In this document: piece after piece, positions 9,741 to 19,222 of the stretch
Layout: the number at the start of each line of letters is the position of its first letter
Numbering within the stretch: position 1 is the first letter of the stretch
Notes under the pieces: model-generated
What the model saw: only the letters and a program-made list of their open reading frames with translations
Databases searched by the model: none
Told to the model about the DNA's origin: nothing
Translations under genes and position numbers: made by a program
NCBI GenBank assembly: GCA_963784355.1
Contig: CAWAQU010000007.1
Span: 64,001 to 128,000, forward strand
Direction: 5' to 3'
Origin: an uncultured bacterium
GTDB lineage: Bacteria > Patescibacteriota > JACMRA01
Length of the DNA: 64,000 nucleotides

Positions 9741-10862
9741 ATGCATACAATATTCTTTATAGCAGGCAGGACAGGAGGTCCGTTTTTTCCTTTGCCCTCG
9801 GTAATTAAAAATTTGGACAATATCAAGCCGGTTATAATTGGTATAAAAGGCGGGTTTGAAGAACGTGCTTCACTGCAAAAAGGTTGGAAAATATTGTTTT
9901 TACCCGATACTAGGCTCACAATACTAACTTTTAAAAAGGAAAAACTAAGGGAAACAATAAAAAATTATTTTGAGTTAGCTATTAATATTTGTTTGTTTGG
10001 ATGGTCAATTTTAAAATCTCTGTATTTCTTGCTGCGATTTAGTCCGAAAATGATATATTCTACAGGTAGTTTTTTGGCTGTCCCAATGACTTTCGCTGCC
10101 AAGTTTACAAATTTTTTGAGACTAACAAATACTAAAATTGTAGTTCATCAACAAGATCCTTTACCTGGTTTAAGTAACAGATTGACTGTAAAATATGCAG
10201 ATTTAGTGAGCTGTGTGTTTGATTATACGAAGTCAAAGTACCCTCAATTTTCAAATGCGAAGCTGGTACCAAACCCGATTGATACAGAATTATACGATGA
10301 AATTGAGAAAAGCTTAACTGTGCAAAATTCAACTCTAAAAAGTTTTTTAAATAAACCAAGTGATAAACCTCTACTTTTAATATTTGGAGGAGGGAGTGGA
10401 TCTGAGGACATCAATGTTTGGACAATTAAAAATTTAGACAGGCTGCTTACAAAATTTAGGATTATACACTTAACTGGACTTCTACAAAAACTGGTCCTAG
10501 AGGAAGTACAGTCAGAGGATTATTTGAGGCTCGAGGCGATTTTCGAGGAAATGCCTTATGTAATGAAAAAAGTCGATTTGGTACTTTGTAGGGCAGGGAT
10601 GGCCTCAATTACAGAGCTCTTATACCTCCAAAAACCAGCTTTTTTAGTGCCTTTACCACATACACATCAGGAAAAAAATGCTGAAATGGTGAAAGACTAT
10701 TTTTATATTCTGGATCAAAAAGATAGACCTGAATGGGCGGACACTATTTTTGAAAACTATCCCAAATTTTTTAGCACAGTGAAATATCTGGATAAGATTA
10801 AGGTTGGAAATGAGCTGAAAGAATATTATGGACAGTTGCAATCTCTTCTTGACAAAAACTAG
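9741..10862 (+). CDS. murG: MurG-like GT28 glycosyltransferase
   Basis: AGRTGGPFFP, HQQDPLPGLSN, FGGGSGS, CRAGMASITE, HQEKNA. Confidence 0.8.
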   Translation: MHTIFFIAGRTGGPFFPLPSVIKNLDNIKPVIIGIKGGFEERASLQKGWKILFLPDTRLTILTFKKEKLRETIKNYFELAINICLFGWSILKSLYFLLRFSPKMIYSTGSFLAVPMTFAAKFTNFLRLTNTKIVVHQQDPLPGLSNRLTVKYADLVSCVFDYTKSKYPQFSNAKLVPNPIDTELYDEIEKSLTVQNSTLKSFLNKPSDKPLLLIFGGGSGSEDINVWTIKNLDRLLTKFRIIHLTGLLQKLVLEEVQSEDYLRLEAIFEEMPYVMKKVDLVLCRAGMASITELLYLQKPAFLVPLPHTHQEKNAEMVKDYFYILDQKDRPEWADTIFENYPKFFSTVKYLDKIKVGNELKEYYGQLQSLLDKN

Positions 10863-10909
10863 CTTCTGGCAAAGATTTGTAGTATTAATCTTTGGGTTAA
10901 AGCATATAT

Positions 10910-10983
10910 ACGGATGTAGTTAAATGGTATAATAGAGGTCTCCAAAACCTCGGTCCAAGGTTCGATTCCTTGTATCCGTGCCA
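10910..10983 (+). tRNA. tRNA-Trp (CCA)
   Basis: Acceptor stem ACGGATG/TATCCGT, anticodon arm GAGGT-CTCCAAA-ACCTC, T loop GGTTCGATTCC, encoded CCA end. Confidence 0.95.
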
Positions 10984-11022
10984 CAAGTGTTTTATTTAAA
11001 GCAAAAATACAAATAAAATTTT

Positions 11023-11460
11023 CTATATTCCTCTTTTTAAATATTCACCTACGATTTTAAATACTCGGATCAAAATACAAAGTTTAATTATCGAATTATT
11101 GTAATCTTTTCTTTGGGCTAAATCAAGGTTATGTACTACATTGTTATACTTGTTGAGTAGATAAACTCTATTTTGCTCTGCTATTTCAGCTTCATCATCA
11201 GCATTAAATATCATCGATACGTTTGTATTAATTAACTGAGCAAATCTTCTTAGCGCATAATCAACTATTGACTTTTCGTTTTCATCAAGTAAACTCATAT
11301 CTTCTAGATTTTGTACGCAATCTAAAATGTAATTAGTTAGAGTCTCAACTTCAAATTGTTTTTCTTCATTAGCTTCAAGCTTTTCTTTAACTTCTCTCTC
11401 AGATATTTTTTGGTCATACAGTTTTTGTAGTTCAGCTGTAGATATTTTAAATTCGGACAT
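11023..11460 (-). CDS. Hypothetical protein
   Basis: 145-aa ATG ORF, no recognised motif. Confidence 0.6.
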   Translation of the reverse strand: MSEFKISTAELQKLYDQKISEREVKEKLEANEEKQFEVETLTNYILDCVQNLEDMSLLDENEKSIVDYALRRFAQLINTNVSMIFNADDEAEIAEQNRVYLLNKYNNVVHNLDLAQRKDYNNSIIKLCILIRVFKIVGEYLKRGI

Positions 11461-11822
11461 AATTATTCAAACTTAGAATAGAAATTTGAGCGTTTTTGAA
11501 ATAATAACTTAATCTTATTTTATTTTTTTATGCTCATGTCAAGAAGTAAACAATCCTTTTGTATATAGAAAAAGATAAGTTTTTAAAAAAATACCCATCT
11601 CCTCGGACATTTATGTATACTAGATTCTTTTGATTTATTTCAAGTCGAGGCGCTCAAAAGTTCATCTATACTATGTGTCTTAAAATTTTTATATTTTCTA
11701 TCTAATTTAGCAAAGATAGATCAAAAGATTTGGATATTGATCAAATGAAAAAAGTATGCAATATTGGGTTTAGATTTCAGGGAGTGCAATTCAGCCCGAA
11801 CTGATTCTAAATGGAGGTTATA

Positions 11823-12065
11823 ATGTCTACATTTGAGCCTGTTACTGTTACCTTTAACGAAAAAGGTCCCAAAGTAAATTTTAACAATATGCTTGTTGAA
11901 GTTGATGAAATTGTAGGTATTAACAATTACGATGGCTTGTACAAAGGCCAGCGGGTAGTACTTAAAATTAGCTCCAAAAAGTTATGTGAGGACGACTTAA
12001 ATAAATATTTAAGCTCACTAAATGAACGGGATGGCTATGTCCTCGTTCCAGGCGTTATTGGCTAA
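11823..12065 (+). CDS. Small hypothetical protein (80 aa)
   Basis: GGAGG SD at 11813 ahead of ATG 11823, upstream TTGATC-17-AATATT promoter-like element, downstream terminator. Confidence 0.65.
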   Translation: MSTFEPVTVTFNEKGPKVNFNNMLVEVDEIVGINNYDGLYKGQRVVLKISSKKLCEDDLNKYLSSLNERDGYVLVPGVIG

Positions 12066-12156
12066 CCTCCCAAATCTGAGTAAGTAATGTTGAGTGTTTT
12101 TAGAGATATAGCATACCTATACATTAACATTCCATTCTTACTCCTTTTCCATAACT

Positions 12157-12180
12157 TTCCACCCTAAAAGTGGAATTTTT
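12157..12180 (+). terminator. Intrinsic terminator
   Basis: TTCCAC-cctaaaa-GTGGAA followed by a T run. Confidence 0.55.
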
Positions 12181-12322
12181 GTTTTAAATTTAAAATTTGA
12201 TAACCCAAAATTCGTTGACAGTAATATTTGTTACCATGTAGACTTAAGACGCTTAAAAAAGCTTAATTCTAGCTTAAATTTTCACAAAAAACTAACAAAT
12301 TTTATAAACAAAAAACATACAT

Positions 12323-13432
12323 ATGCTCGGATTTCCTCTTAATATATTTTTAAATTTATTCAACACAATTTTTTCAGTTGGGCTTATTGTCCTACAAGTT
12401 TACTTATTTAGAAAATGGTATGAAGGTGCGGAATACGCCAATTTATATTTACTTTCAGGTATTTTTTCCACTTTAGTCACACTGTTTGGCAGAAATATTG
12501 TTTTAGCTTTTCTCAGAAAGTCTGATACTGATGAACCAAATGAATTTCGTAGTACTGAATTTACAGATTTGGAAACTAGTGATGGTACTAAAATGAGAAT
12601 AGACTATTTTGGTCCTGAAAATGCTGAAAAGACTTTGATATTTATACCAGGTTGTAGTGCTGACAGTACTCAATGGTATTATGTAAAAAAAGCACTCCAG
12701 GATAAGTATCGCCTTTTGATGTTGGATATACCAGGTTGCGGATTATCCGAAGAACCTAAAAATAGTGACTATAGCTTGGAAAGATATGCAAAAGATCTTG
12801 ATATGGTTGTAAATACCTGCAAAAAACCTCCAATTTTGATAGGTCATAGCATGGGGACTATGATAATTATGGAGTACTACAGATTTTTCTTGCGCGACAA
12901 CAAAACCAAGGTTAAAGCCATAGTTTTATCAAATCCTACATACACTAATCCCCTTAAAACTGCAATCTTTGCACCTCTTTTAAAATTCCTTGAAAAGCCA
13001 CTTTTGGTACCATCACTGTATATACAAAGCTTGATACCGGGAGTTTTTAAAATAATGAACATTCTTAGCTATCTAAACGGGAGCTTGCATCTATCAGTAG
13101 CTTTTACAGGTTTTGCAGGCACTCAAACTAGGCAAGAACTTGATTTTGCAACAAAATATGGACTTAAGACTCCTATAAAAACAGTGGCTCAAAATACACT
13201 TTCTATGCTTAAATACGAAGTTACAGATTTGTTGAGTGAAGTTAGTATCCCAACACAAATCATTGTCGCCACAAAAGATAAAATGACTAAAATAGAAGCT
13301 GGAGAATTTATGTCTGAGAAAATGCCAAACACTACACTAACCATTATACAAAATGCTAGTCACATGGCTTTACTTGAAAAACATGATACTTATACTAAAG
13401 AACTTGGGAACTTTTTAGAAAAAATAGCTTAA
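12323..13432 (+). CDS. Alpha/beta hydrolase with N-terminal TM helices
   Basis: GHSMG nucleophile elbow, DIPGCGLS, D near TKDKMT, His in ASHMALLE. Confidence 0.88.
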   Translation: MLGFPLNIFLNLFNTIFSVGLIVLQVYLFRKWYEGAEYANLYLLSGIFSTLVTLFGRNIVLAFLRKSDTDEPNEFRSTEFTDLETSDGTKMRIDYFGPENAEKTLIFIPGCSADSTQWYYVKKALQDKYRLLMLDIPGCGLSEEPKNSDYSLERYAKDLDMVVNTCKKPPILIGHSMGTMIIMEYYRFFLRDNKTKVKAIVLSNPTYTNPLKTAIFAPLLKFLEKPLLVPSLYIQSLIPGVFKIMNILSYLNGSLHLSVAFTGFAGTQTRQELDFATKYGLKTPIKTVAQNTLSMLKYEVTDLLSEVSIPTQIIVATKDKMTKIEAGEFMSEKMPNTTLTIIQNASHMALLEKHDTYTKELGNFLEKIA

Positions 13433-13627
13433 TTTAAGCCTTTTCCAATCTGTAATAAAATTGAATTTTTTGACTAATTATCTGGATAAAAAAGGATCTT
13501 TACTTGACAAGTTTTTTAAAATCTTTGTATCTGTACTCACTTTTAGTTTTAGGGTAATTTCTCTATTTCTTAAAATTAGAAGTAAAATAATTACTAATTT
13601 TTAACTTGTATTTTTATGGTATTATCT

Positions 13628-13706
13628 GAAGGTACGGGCGGTAGATCATAAACCGTTGTATAATTGTACTAAGCCTTAAGACTATCACTTTATGTGGTAG
13701 TTTTTT
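13628..13706 (+). ncRNA. Putative structured leader or small RNA ending in a terminator
   Basis: Hairpin TACGGGCGGT/ACCGTTGTA, then ACTATCAC/GTGGTAGT plus T run; TGnTATTAT just upstream. Confidence 0.4.
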
Positions 13707-13725
13707 GTAAAACAATTTAAAGAAT

Positions 13726-14571
13726 ATGCCCAAGAAAAAATTCAGTTTCGTTACTTATGGTTTAATAATCTATTTTATTATAGGCTTGATTTTGTTTATT
13801 ACCATTCCCAAGATCAACAATTTTATAGTGCAAAATGATTCAATTTGGTCTTTTTTACAAGGGCTTGGTACAATAGTGGCAGTAGTGGCTTTAGTAATCA
13901 GTTTAATAGATAATAAAGTAAAATCTAATCAAGAGGAGGTAAGATTCAAGCTTGAAACAGATGCATATATTATTCCTATTTCGATACAAGACTATATTAA
14001 ATCAGAAGAAAAAAATATCTTGGTCCATAATTTTAAATTAGATAAAATAAATTATTCGGCAAATCTCAAAGATAAATGGGAGACTGATGTATGGGACATA
14101 TCCGGAATCAATCATAGTATTGTTGATGGTACAGTTTATCCCTATCTTGCTATTAAAAATCAGGGCAAAGTAAATGCAAAGTGGATAAAGATTGAGATCT
14201 GTAGTAAAAAAAATCCAGATAATGATTTAACTAGTGTATTAACCAAATACGAATTTATGCCTGAAAATACTGTAGTAGAAGAATTTAATTCTTTAGAGGT
14301 TGAGAAATCCATAATTTTGTGTGCAGAAGACAAACACTATTTTGTAGAAAACTCAGATCAACCAAAAGTTGATTTTACACGTTCTTTTGGCATTAGAATA
14401 ACCTATTATTCTGACCATTTAGGGCTAAAACAGGAAAATATAAATAAAAAAATAGATAAAGAGGAGCTGACTTTAGTATTTGAAGCTAAAGTAATCAGTA
14501 GGGGGTCTGTTGAGAATTCTGATAAACTACTTTCCTATATTCACATGATTCCTCGAGAGTATAATATTTAG
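13726..14571 (+). CDS. Hypothetical membrane protein (two N-terminal TM segments)
   Basis: 281-aa ORF with hydrophobic N-terminal segments. Confidence 0.7.
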   Translation: MPKKKFSFVTYGLIIYFIIGLILFITIPKINNFIVQNDSIWSFLQGLGTIVAVVALVISLIDNKVKSNQEEVRFKLETDAYIIPISIQDYIKSEEKNILVHNFKLDKINYSANLKDKWETDVWDISGINHSIVDGTVYPYLAIKNQGKVNAKWIKIEICSKKNPDNDLTSVLTKYEFMPENTVVEEFNSLEVEKSIILCAEDKHYFVENSDQPKVDFTRSFGIRITYYSDHLGLKQENINKKIDKEELTLVFEAKVISRGSVENSDKLLSYIHMIPREYNI

Positions 14572-14640
14572 TATATAAAAGAAAAATCACCCACATCAAT
14601 CAAAAATTAATTTGACCGGAAAGGGTGACTAGGAAAATGC

Positions 14641-14715
14641 CTAACTAAAAATGCCTATAAGGCAAGTTACAGCAATTAGAGCAAACGCTATGACCAACAA
14701 AGAAAGTACGAACAT
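14641..14715 (-). CDS. Putative 24-aa hydrophobic peptide MFVLSLLVIAFALIAVTCLIGIFS
   Basis: AGGAAG SD, TTGACG-17-TATCAA promoter-like element, long hairpin terminator at about 14582-14629. Confidence 0.5.
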   Translation of the reverse strand: MFVLSLLVIAFALIAVTCLIGIFS

Positions 14716-14909
14716 ATTTCTTCCTAAAAGTAGAAATTGTTTTTTATTGATAGCATATATTTTAACTACCGTCAAAACCTTTTTCTGGGCGATGTATATT
14801 TACCAGTCCTAATTTATTTTAATTTACAGATGCAAGTACTTTAAGTTTTATGACACTCTTGTATCAAATCACCCAACTCAGTTTTAGGTCTAATAACCGT
14901 ATCATTCCA

Positions 14910-16373
14910 CTACAAAATCAATGTTTTTTCCTGAAGCGTATCCTGATCTGTATAAGTAATTTCAAAGGTGTGGTCCTCTAAATTTGCATTCAAAGTAGTA
15001 CACAAGTCAGCTGTTTGCCACTGGATAATCAATCTATTGTCTTCAGAATCCAAAACTTCCATACGACCGTCAAAAGCTTTGTAATTATTTCTAAATTCCA
15101 TTAGCTTGATCAATCTTTGTACAATAGGCCTCTTGGTTTCAATAGATAGCTCCTCCAAGCTGTAATTATGTCTATTGATCTCTCTACCCCAGCCTCCTAC
15201 TTTCTCGCCTTCAAATCTAGCTAAGGCTTCAGTATCATTTTTACCTGCTAGCGCACCTACATAATATACCTGTGGAATTCCAGGAGTATAGAATTGTACA
15301 GCTCTTGCGGTTAGATAAGCATCGTCATTTTGACCTAGAGCAGAGTAATATGTTATATCTAGCTGGTAAACCTCGGCATTGCCGTCACCGTCATAGTTAT
15401 AATTGACACTTGCCCCATGCTCCAGCACATTTTTTACAGTTCTATCAATTTCTTCTTGTTCCATCAAATCTTCACAATCTTTTACAGGAATTCCGTCGTG
15501 AGTATCTAGTGTGGTAATTTGTTTTTTTGGGCAGATCTTCAACCAGTTTTTTAAGTTCTTACTTTTTCCGTCATACAGAGCGTGTAAAGTCATGAATGGA
15601 AGTACAAAATCATAAACTCTAAAGCCTTGCTCAGCAAATTTTAGCTGGTAACTGTAGTGCCCATGAAGTTCAGGTAATAATTCTGCTTCGAAAGCGTCAC
15701 TAAAATTTTTAATCCAGTTAAGAAAATCCCAAATCTCGGGCTCTACAAAAAAACAAGATGTTCCGGCCTTTTTAGTAACATACCCGATAGCGTCAAGTCT
15801 GATCAATTTTACATTGCGTCTCAATAGATAAAGTAAAAATCCTTGATAAACTTTTTTGTAAACAGGTGAATTTATATCTAAGTCGATTTGTTGATCAGAT
15901 TCAAAAGTCTGCCAAATTTTCTCTTTTTTTCCATCAGGAAATTGGATTAAAAATTCCGGAGCATCAGGTTTTCTCAAATAAATCTCTTTTAGTTCCTCTT
16001 TGGGAATGGTACCGCTTGGGTATAGTTTTTTTATCTGCAGAAATAAATCATAATATTCAGAGTCCCTTCCATTTTTTAAATAATCCTGAAAATATTCTGA
16101 CTGTCTAGAAATGTGGTTAGGAATAAAATCTACAGCTAGATTGAAATCATTACCGATTTTTTGAACGTCTTCCCAAGTACCGAAGTTTGGATCTACCATG
16201 TTATAGGTTAGGGGACAGAAACCCCTATCAGCTGAGGATGGATAGAATGGTAAAATGTGTATTCCGCCAAACGCTTTAGGAAAATATTTTTTTAGTACAA
16301 AATGTAGTTCTTGTAAATCATTGCCAAGGCTGTCCGGGTATGAAATTAACTGGACTTGGTTCTTTAAAAACAT
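14910..16373 (-). CDS. GH13_18 sucrose phosphorylase family protein
   Basis: NQVQLISYPDSLG, HILPFYPSSADRGFCP, NHIS, RLDAIGY, LPELHGHY, TLDTHDGI, GREINR. Confidence 0.9.
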   Translation of the reverse strand: MFLKNQVQLISYPDSLGNDLQELHFVLKKYFPKAFGGIHILPFYPSSADRGFCPLTYNMVDPNFGTWEDVQKIGNDFNLAVDFIPNHISRQSEYFQDYLKNGRDSEYYDLFLQIKKLYPSGTIPKEELKEIYLRKPDAPEFLIQFPDGKKEKIWQTFESDQQIDLDINSPVYKKVYQGFLLYLLRRNVKLIRLDAIGYVTKKAGTSCFFVEPEIWDFLNWIKNFSDAFEAELLPELHGHYSYQLKFAEQGFRVYDFVLPFMTLHALYDGKSKNLKNWLKICPKKQITTLDTHDGIPVKDCEDLMEQEEIDRTVKNVLEHGASVNYNYDGDGNAEVYQLDITYYSALGQNDDAYLTARAVQFYTPGIPQVYYVGALAGKNDTEALARFEGEKVGGWGREINRHNYSLEELSIETKRPIVQRLIKLMEFRNNYKAFDGRMEVLDSEDNRLIIQWQTADLCTTLNANLEDHTFEITYTDQDTLQEKTLIL

Positions 16374-16377
16374 ATTA

Positions 16378-17265
16378 CTATAAATCTTTTACTCGCTCCT
16401 TTAAAAAATTGGTTAAGTCGTCTTTGATATCATCTCTATTTAATGCAAAATCGATTGTAGCTTTCAAAAACCCTGCCGGAGTGCCACAATCATGACCAGG
16501 TGCACTAGGCTTGAGCGCATATAAAGGCTCACTATCTCTTGTCATTTTTGTAAATGCATCTGCTACTCTAATTTCACCGTCGCCAACTGTTGATTCTGCA
16601 GTCTCAAGTAAATTCCAAATCCTTTCATTGATCACTGCGTAACCATTGCTAATCAAAGTTGAAGGAGCCTCTTCTTGTGTTGGTTTTTCTACAAAACCTG
16701 TAACTTGCACAATATCACTGCCTTCAGATATTTCACTATAGGCTAAAATACCATACTTGGAAACTTTCTCGAGCGGAACAAAATCTGTAGCAATAATTGG
16801 CTGCTGTTTTTCCTCAAAGAAATTGATTAATTTTGCAAAAGTTTTATTGCTAGAAGGCATTATGTAGTCGGGAAAAACTACTAAAACCGGTTCTTGTGTG
16901 TCTACAAAAGGCCTGGCGCAGAGTAAAGCATGACCATCTCCCTGCTGTATTGGCTGCCTAACGTAAGCAAAGTGAGCTAATTTAGAAATTCTTTCGACAT
17001 CTTCCAACAATTTGTGCTTACCCTTTTCAACCAATGTATTTTCGAGCTCGTAACTTTTATCGAAGTGGTTTTCAATAGCATTTTTTCCTCTTCCTGTGAC
17101 AAAAATTATTTCTTCAATCCCAGCCTCAACTGCCTCTTCTACTAAATATTGAATGATAGGTTTATCAATTATTGGCATCATTTCTTTTGGTACAGCTTTA
17201 GTAACAGGTAAAAATCTAGTTCCAAATCCTGCTGCAACAAAGATTGCCTTTTTTACTTTTGACAT
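16378..17265 (-). CDS. galU: UTP-glucose-1-phosphate uridylyltransferase
   Basis: AAGFGTRFLPVTKAVPKEMMP, VEKP, DCG. Confidence 0.92.
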   Translation of the reverse strand: MSKVKKAIFVAAGFGTRFLPVTKAVPKEMMPIIDKPIIQYLVEEAVEAGIEEIIFVTGRGKNAIENHFDKSYELENTLVEKGKHKLLEDVERISKLAHFAYVRQPIQQGDGHALLCARPFVDTQEPVLVVFPDYIMPSSNKTFAKLINFFEEKQQPIIATDFVPLEKVSKYGILAYSEISEGSDIVQVTGFVEKPTQEEAPSTLISNGYAVINERIWNLLETAESTVGDGEIRVADAFTKMTRDSEPLYALKPSAPGHDCGTPAGFLKATIDFALNRDDIKDDLTNFLKERVKDL

Positions 17266-17402
17266 ATTTTTATTAAATTAAGTTATTTTTATATTTTAAA
17301 TTTCAATCTGTGTTTAAAATGGGGACGTGCTCCTTAGAGATTAAATAAAAATTGCAAAATGTCAACAATTTTCTTGACATAAAGATATGAAACAGCTAAA
17401 AT

Positions 17403-17828
17403 ATGGGTGTTATGATAAGCTATTTTTTAGCCAAAACTGATCCTGAAACGTATTCTATTAAAGATTTGAAAAAAGAAAAAGAGACAAATTGGGATGGAGT
17501 GCGTAGCCATCAAGCTGTGCAAGTAATACAAAGTTGGAAACCTGGAGATATAGTAGTCATCTACCATTCTCAAAAAGAAACTAAAATTGTTGGTGTGGCT
17601 GAAGTTACCGGTCTACCGGAAAAAGACTTGAGTGATATTAAAGGTATTAGTTGGTATGCTAAAGTAAAATTTTTGAAGGAATTGCCAAAAGAGAACCAAA
17701 TAACTCTTCAAGAAATCAAACTAACCGGGTTATTTAACGACTTTGCTTTAGTTAGGCAAGGTAGACTATCTACAATGGCCTGCCCGGAGAATTTTGTGGT
17801 TTGGTTAAAAGAAAAGGGAGTCTTGTAA
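17403..17828 (+). CDS. EVE domain protein (start may be 17412)
   Basis: YFLAKTDPETYS, WDGVRSHQA, YHS, LVRQGRLS. Confidence 0.88.
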   Translation: MGVMISYFLAKTDPETYSIKDLKKEKETNWDGVRSHQAVQVIQSWKPGDIVVIYHSQKETKIVGVAEVTGLPEKDLSDIKGISWYAKVKFLKELPKENQITLQEIKLTGLFNDFALVRQGRLSTMACPENFVVWLKEKGVL

Positions 17829-17895
17829 ATTTTTAACTGGGTTGTTTGTAATAAATTTGACAAAAGGTACCCCGATAAGCTAACTATACTTATTA

Positions 17896-19203
17896 GTGCC
17901 GGAATTTAGAAGACAAGATTTTTTAAAAAACCTATCAAAACAAGGAGTAACCTATGACTGGGTACTTTTAGCCTCAGTTTTGGTGCTTACGATAGGTGGT
18001 TTGGCTTTTTTAGCTAGTGGGTTGTCTGTTAAAGGTCCTGCGGTATTTCAATTTGCTTTTCAGAAACAATTTTTATCAGGTGTTTGGATTGGTGGGGTAT
18101 TAGCCTTTATTTTGGCTCGTGTGGACTATCACATTTGGTTTAAATATATTAAAACGATTTTAATTATTACCTTTACTTTATTAGCTTTTTTAGCTACTTT
18201 CGCTTTGGTTGTGGATGTAATGAGCTATAAAAAATCAGCTGCTGAAGCGAGTAAAATTAGAGACAGTGTCATTGCAAAAGCCAAGTTTTTGCCTATTAGA
18301 CCGTATCAAGGTGGAGGAGCTATCAGATGGGTTGAAATTCCTAAGGTTTTAAACTTTCAGCCGTCCGAACTTGTTAAATTAGTTTTGCTTGTGTATTTGT
18401 CATCAGTACTTCTAAAATATGAGGACCAGACTATTGATTGGCAGAAGATTAAAAAGCCTTTGTACGTATTTGGTTTTGCTGCTGCTTTAATTTTACTACA
18501 ACCCGATTTAGGAAGTGTTTTACTTGCTTTTGGGATACTGTTAACGGCAATGTGGGTTAGTAAAGTACCAATGAAAATCATTGCAACAATTTTGTTAGTT
18601 GTGGCAGTTTTGGGCGTAACTGCTGTTTTTAGTGCCGAATATAGGCTCAAAAGAGTTAATGCATTTTTATCTCAGGATAGTGAGAAAGCAGCTCAGATTT
18701 ATTATGTTAGATTGGCTATACAAAATGGTGGATTATGGGGTAAAGGTTATGGAAATAGTGAGTATAAACAAAAAGAACTATTATTTGAATCTACGACTGA
18801 TGGTATTATTTCTATTATTGGTGAGGAAATGGGGTTTGTGTTTGTAATGTTTTTCCTGAGCTTATATTTAGTATTTTTGTTTAGGGGCTTAAAAATAAGT
18901 AAGGATGCTCCCGATGTCGGGGGTAGAGCTTTAGCAGCCGGAATTGCAGTGTGGATCACTACCCAAGCATTTTTAAATATAGGCGGGATTACAGGTATGA
19001 TTCCTTTAAAAGGACTACCTTTACCGTTTGTTTCAGCGGGAGGTTCATCAATAATTATGAACTTCATCAGTGTAGGAATACTATTAAATATCTCTAGCCA
19101 AAGTGTAAAAAATGCTGCTCTCAACTTTAAAAAGCAAAGTCAGTTTACAGATGCAAAAATTAGTAATAGGCTAAAAATAGCTAGTCAGAAAAATATTTAT
19201 TAG
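17896..19203 (+). CDS. ftsW: FtsW/RodA/SpoVE (SEDS) peptidoglycan polymerase
   Basis: GAIRW, FQPSELVK, QPDLG, GGLWGKG, IGEEMG, PLPFVSAGGSS. Confidence 0.88.
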   Translation: MPEFRRQDFLKNLSKQGVTYDWVLLASVLVLTIGGLAFLASGLSVKGPAVFQFAFQKQFLSGVWIGGVLAFILARVDYHIWFKYIKTILIITFTLLAFLATFALVVDVMSYKKSAAEASKIRDSVIAKAKFLPIRPYQGGGAIRWVEIPKVLNFQPSELVKLVLLVYLSSVLLKYEDQTIDWQKIKKPLYVFGFAAALILLQPDLGSVLLAFGILLTAMWVSKVPMKIIATILLVVAVLGVTAVFSAEYRLKRVNAFLSQDSEKAAQIYYVRLAIQNGGLWGKGYGNSEYKQKELLFESTTDGIISIIGEEMGFVFVMFFLSLYLVFLFRGLKISKDAPDVGGRALAAGIAVWITTQAFLNIGGITGMIPLKGLPLPFVSAGGSSIIMNFISVGILLNISSQSVKNAALNFKKQSQFTDAKISNRLKIASQKNIY

Positions 19204-19222
19204 GTTGGCATAATAGGAATTT

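Noticed and set aside
10910-14900. Integrated element at tRNA-Trp
   Set aside because: Accessory-looking genes follow the tRNA, but I found no integrase and no duplicated tRNA 3' end.
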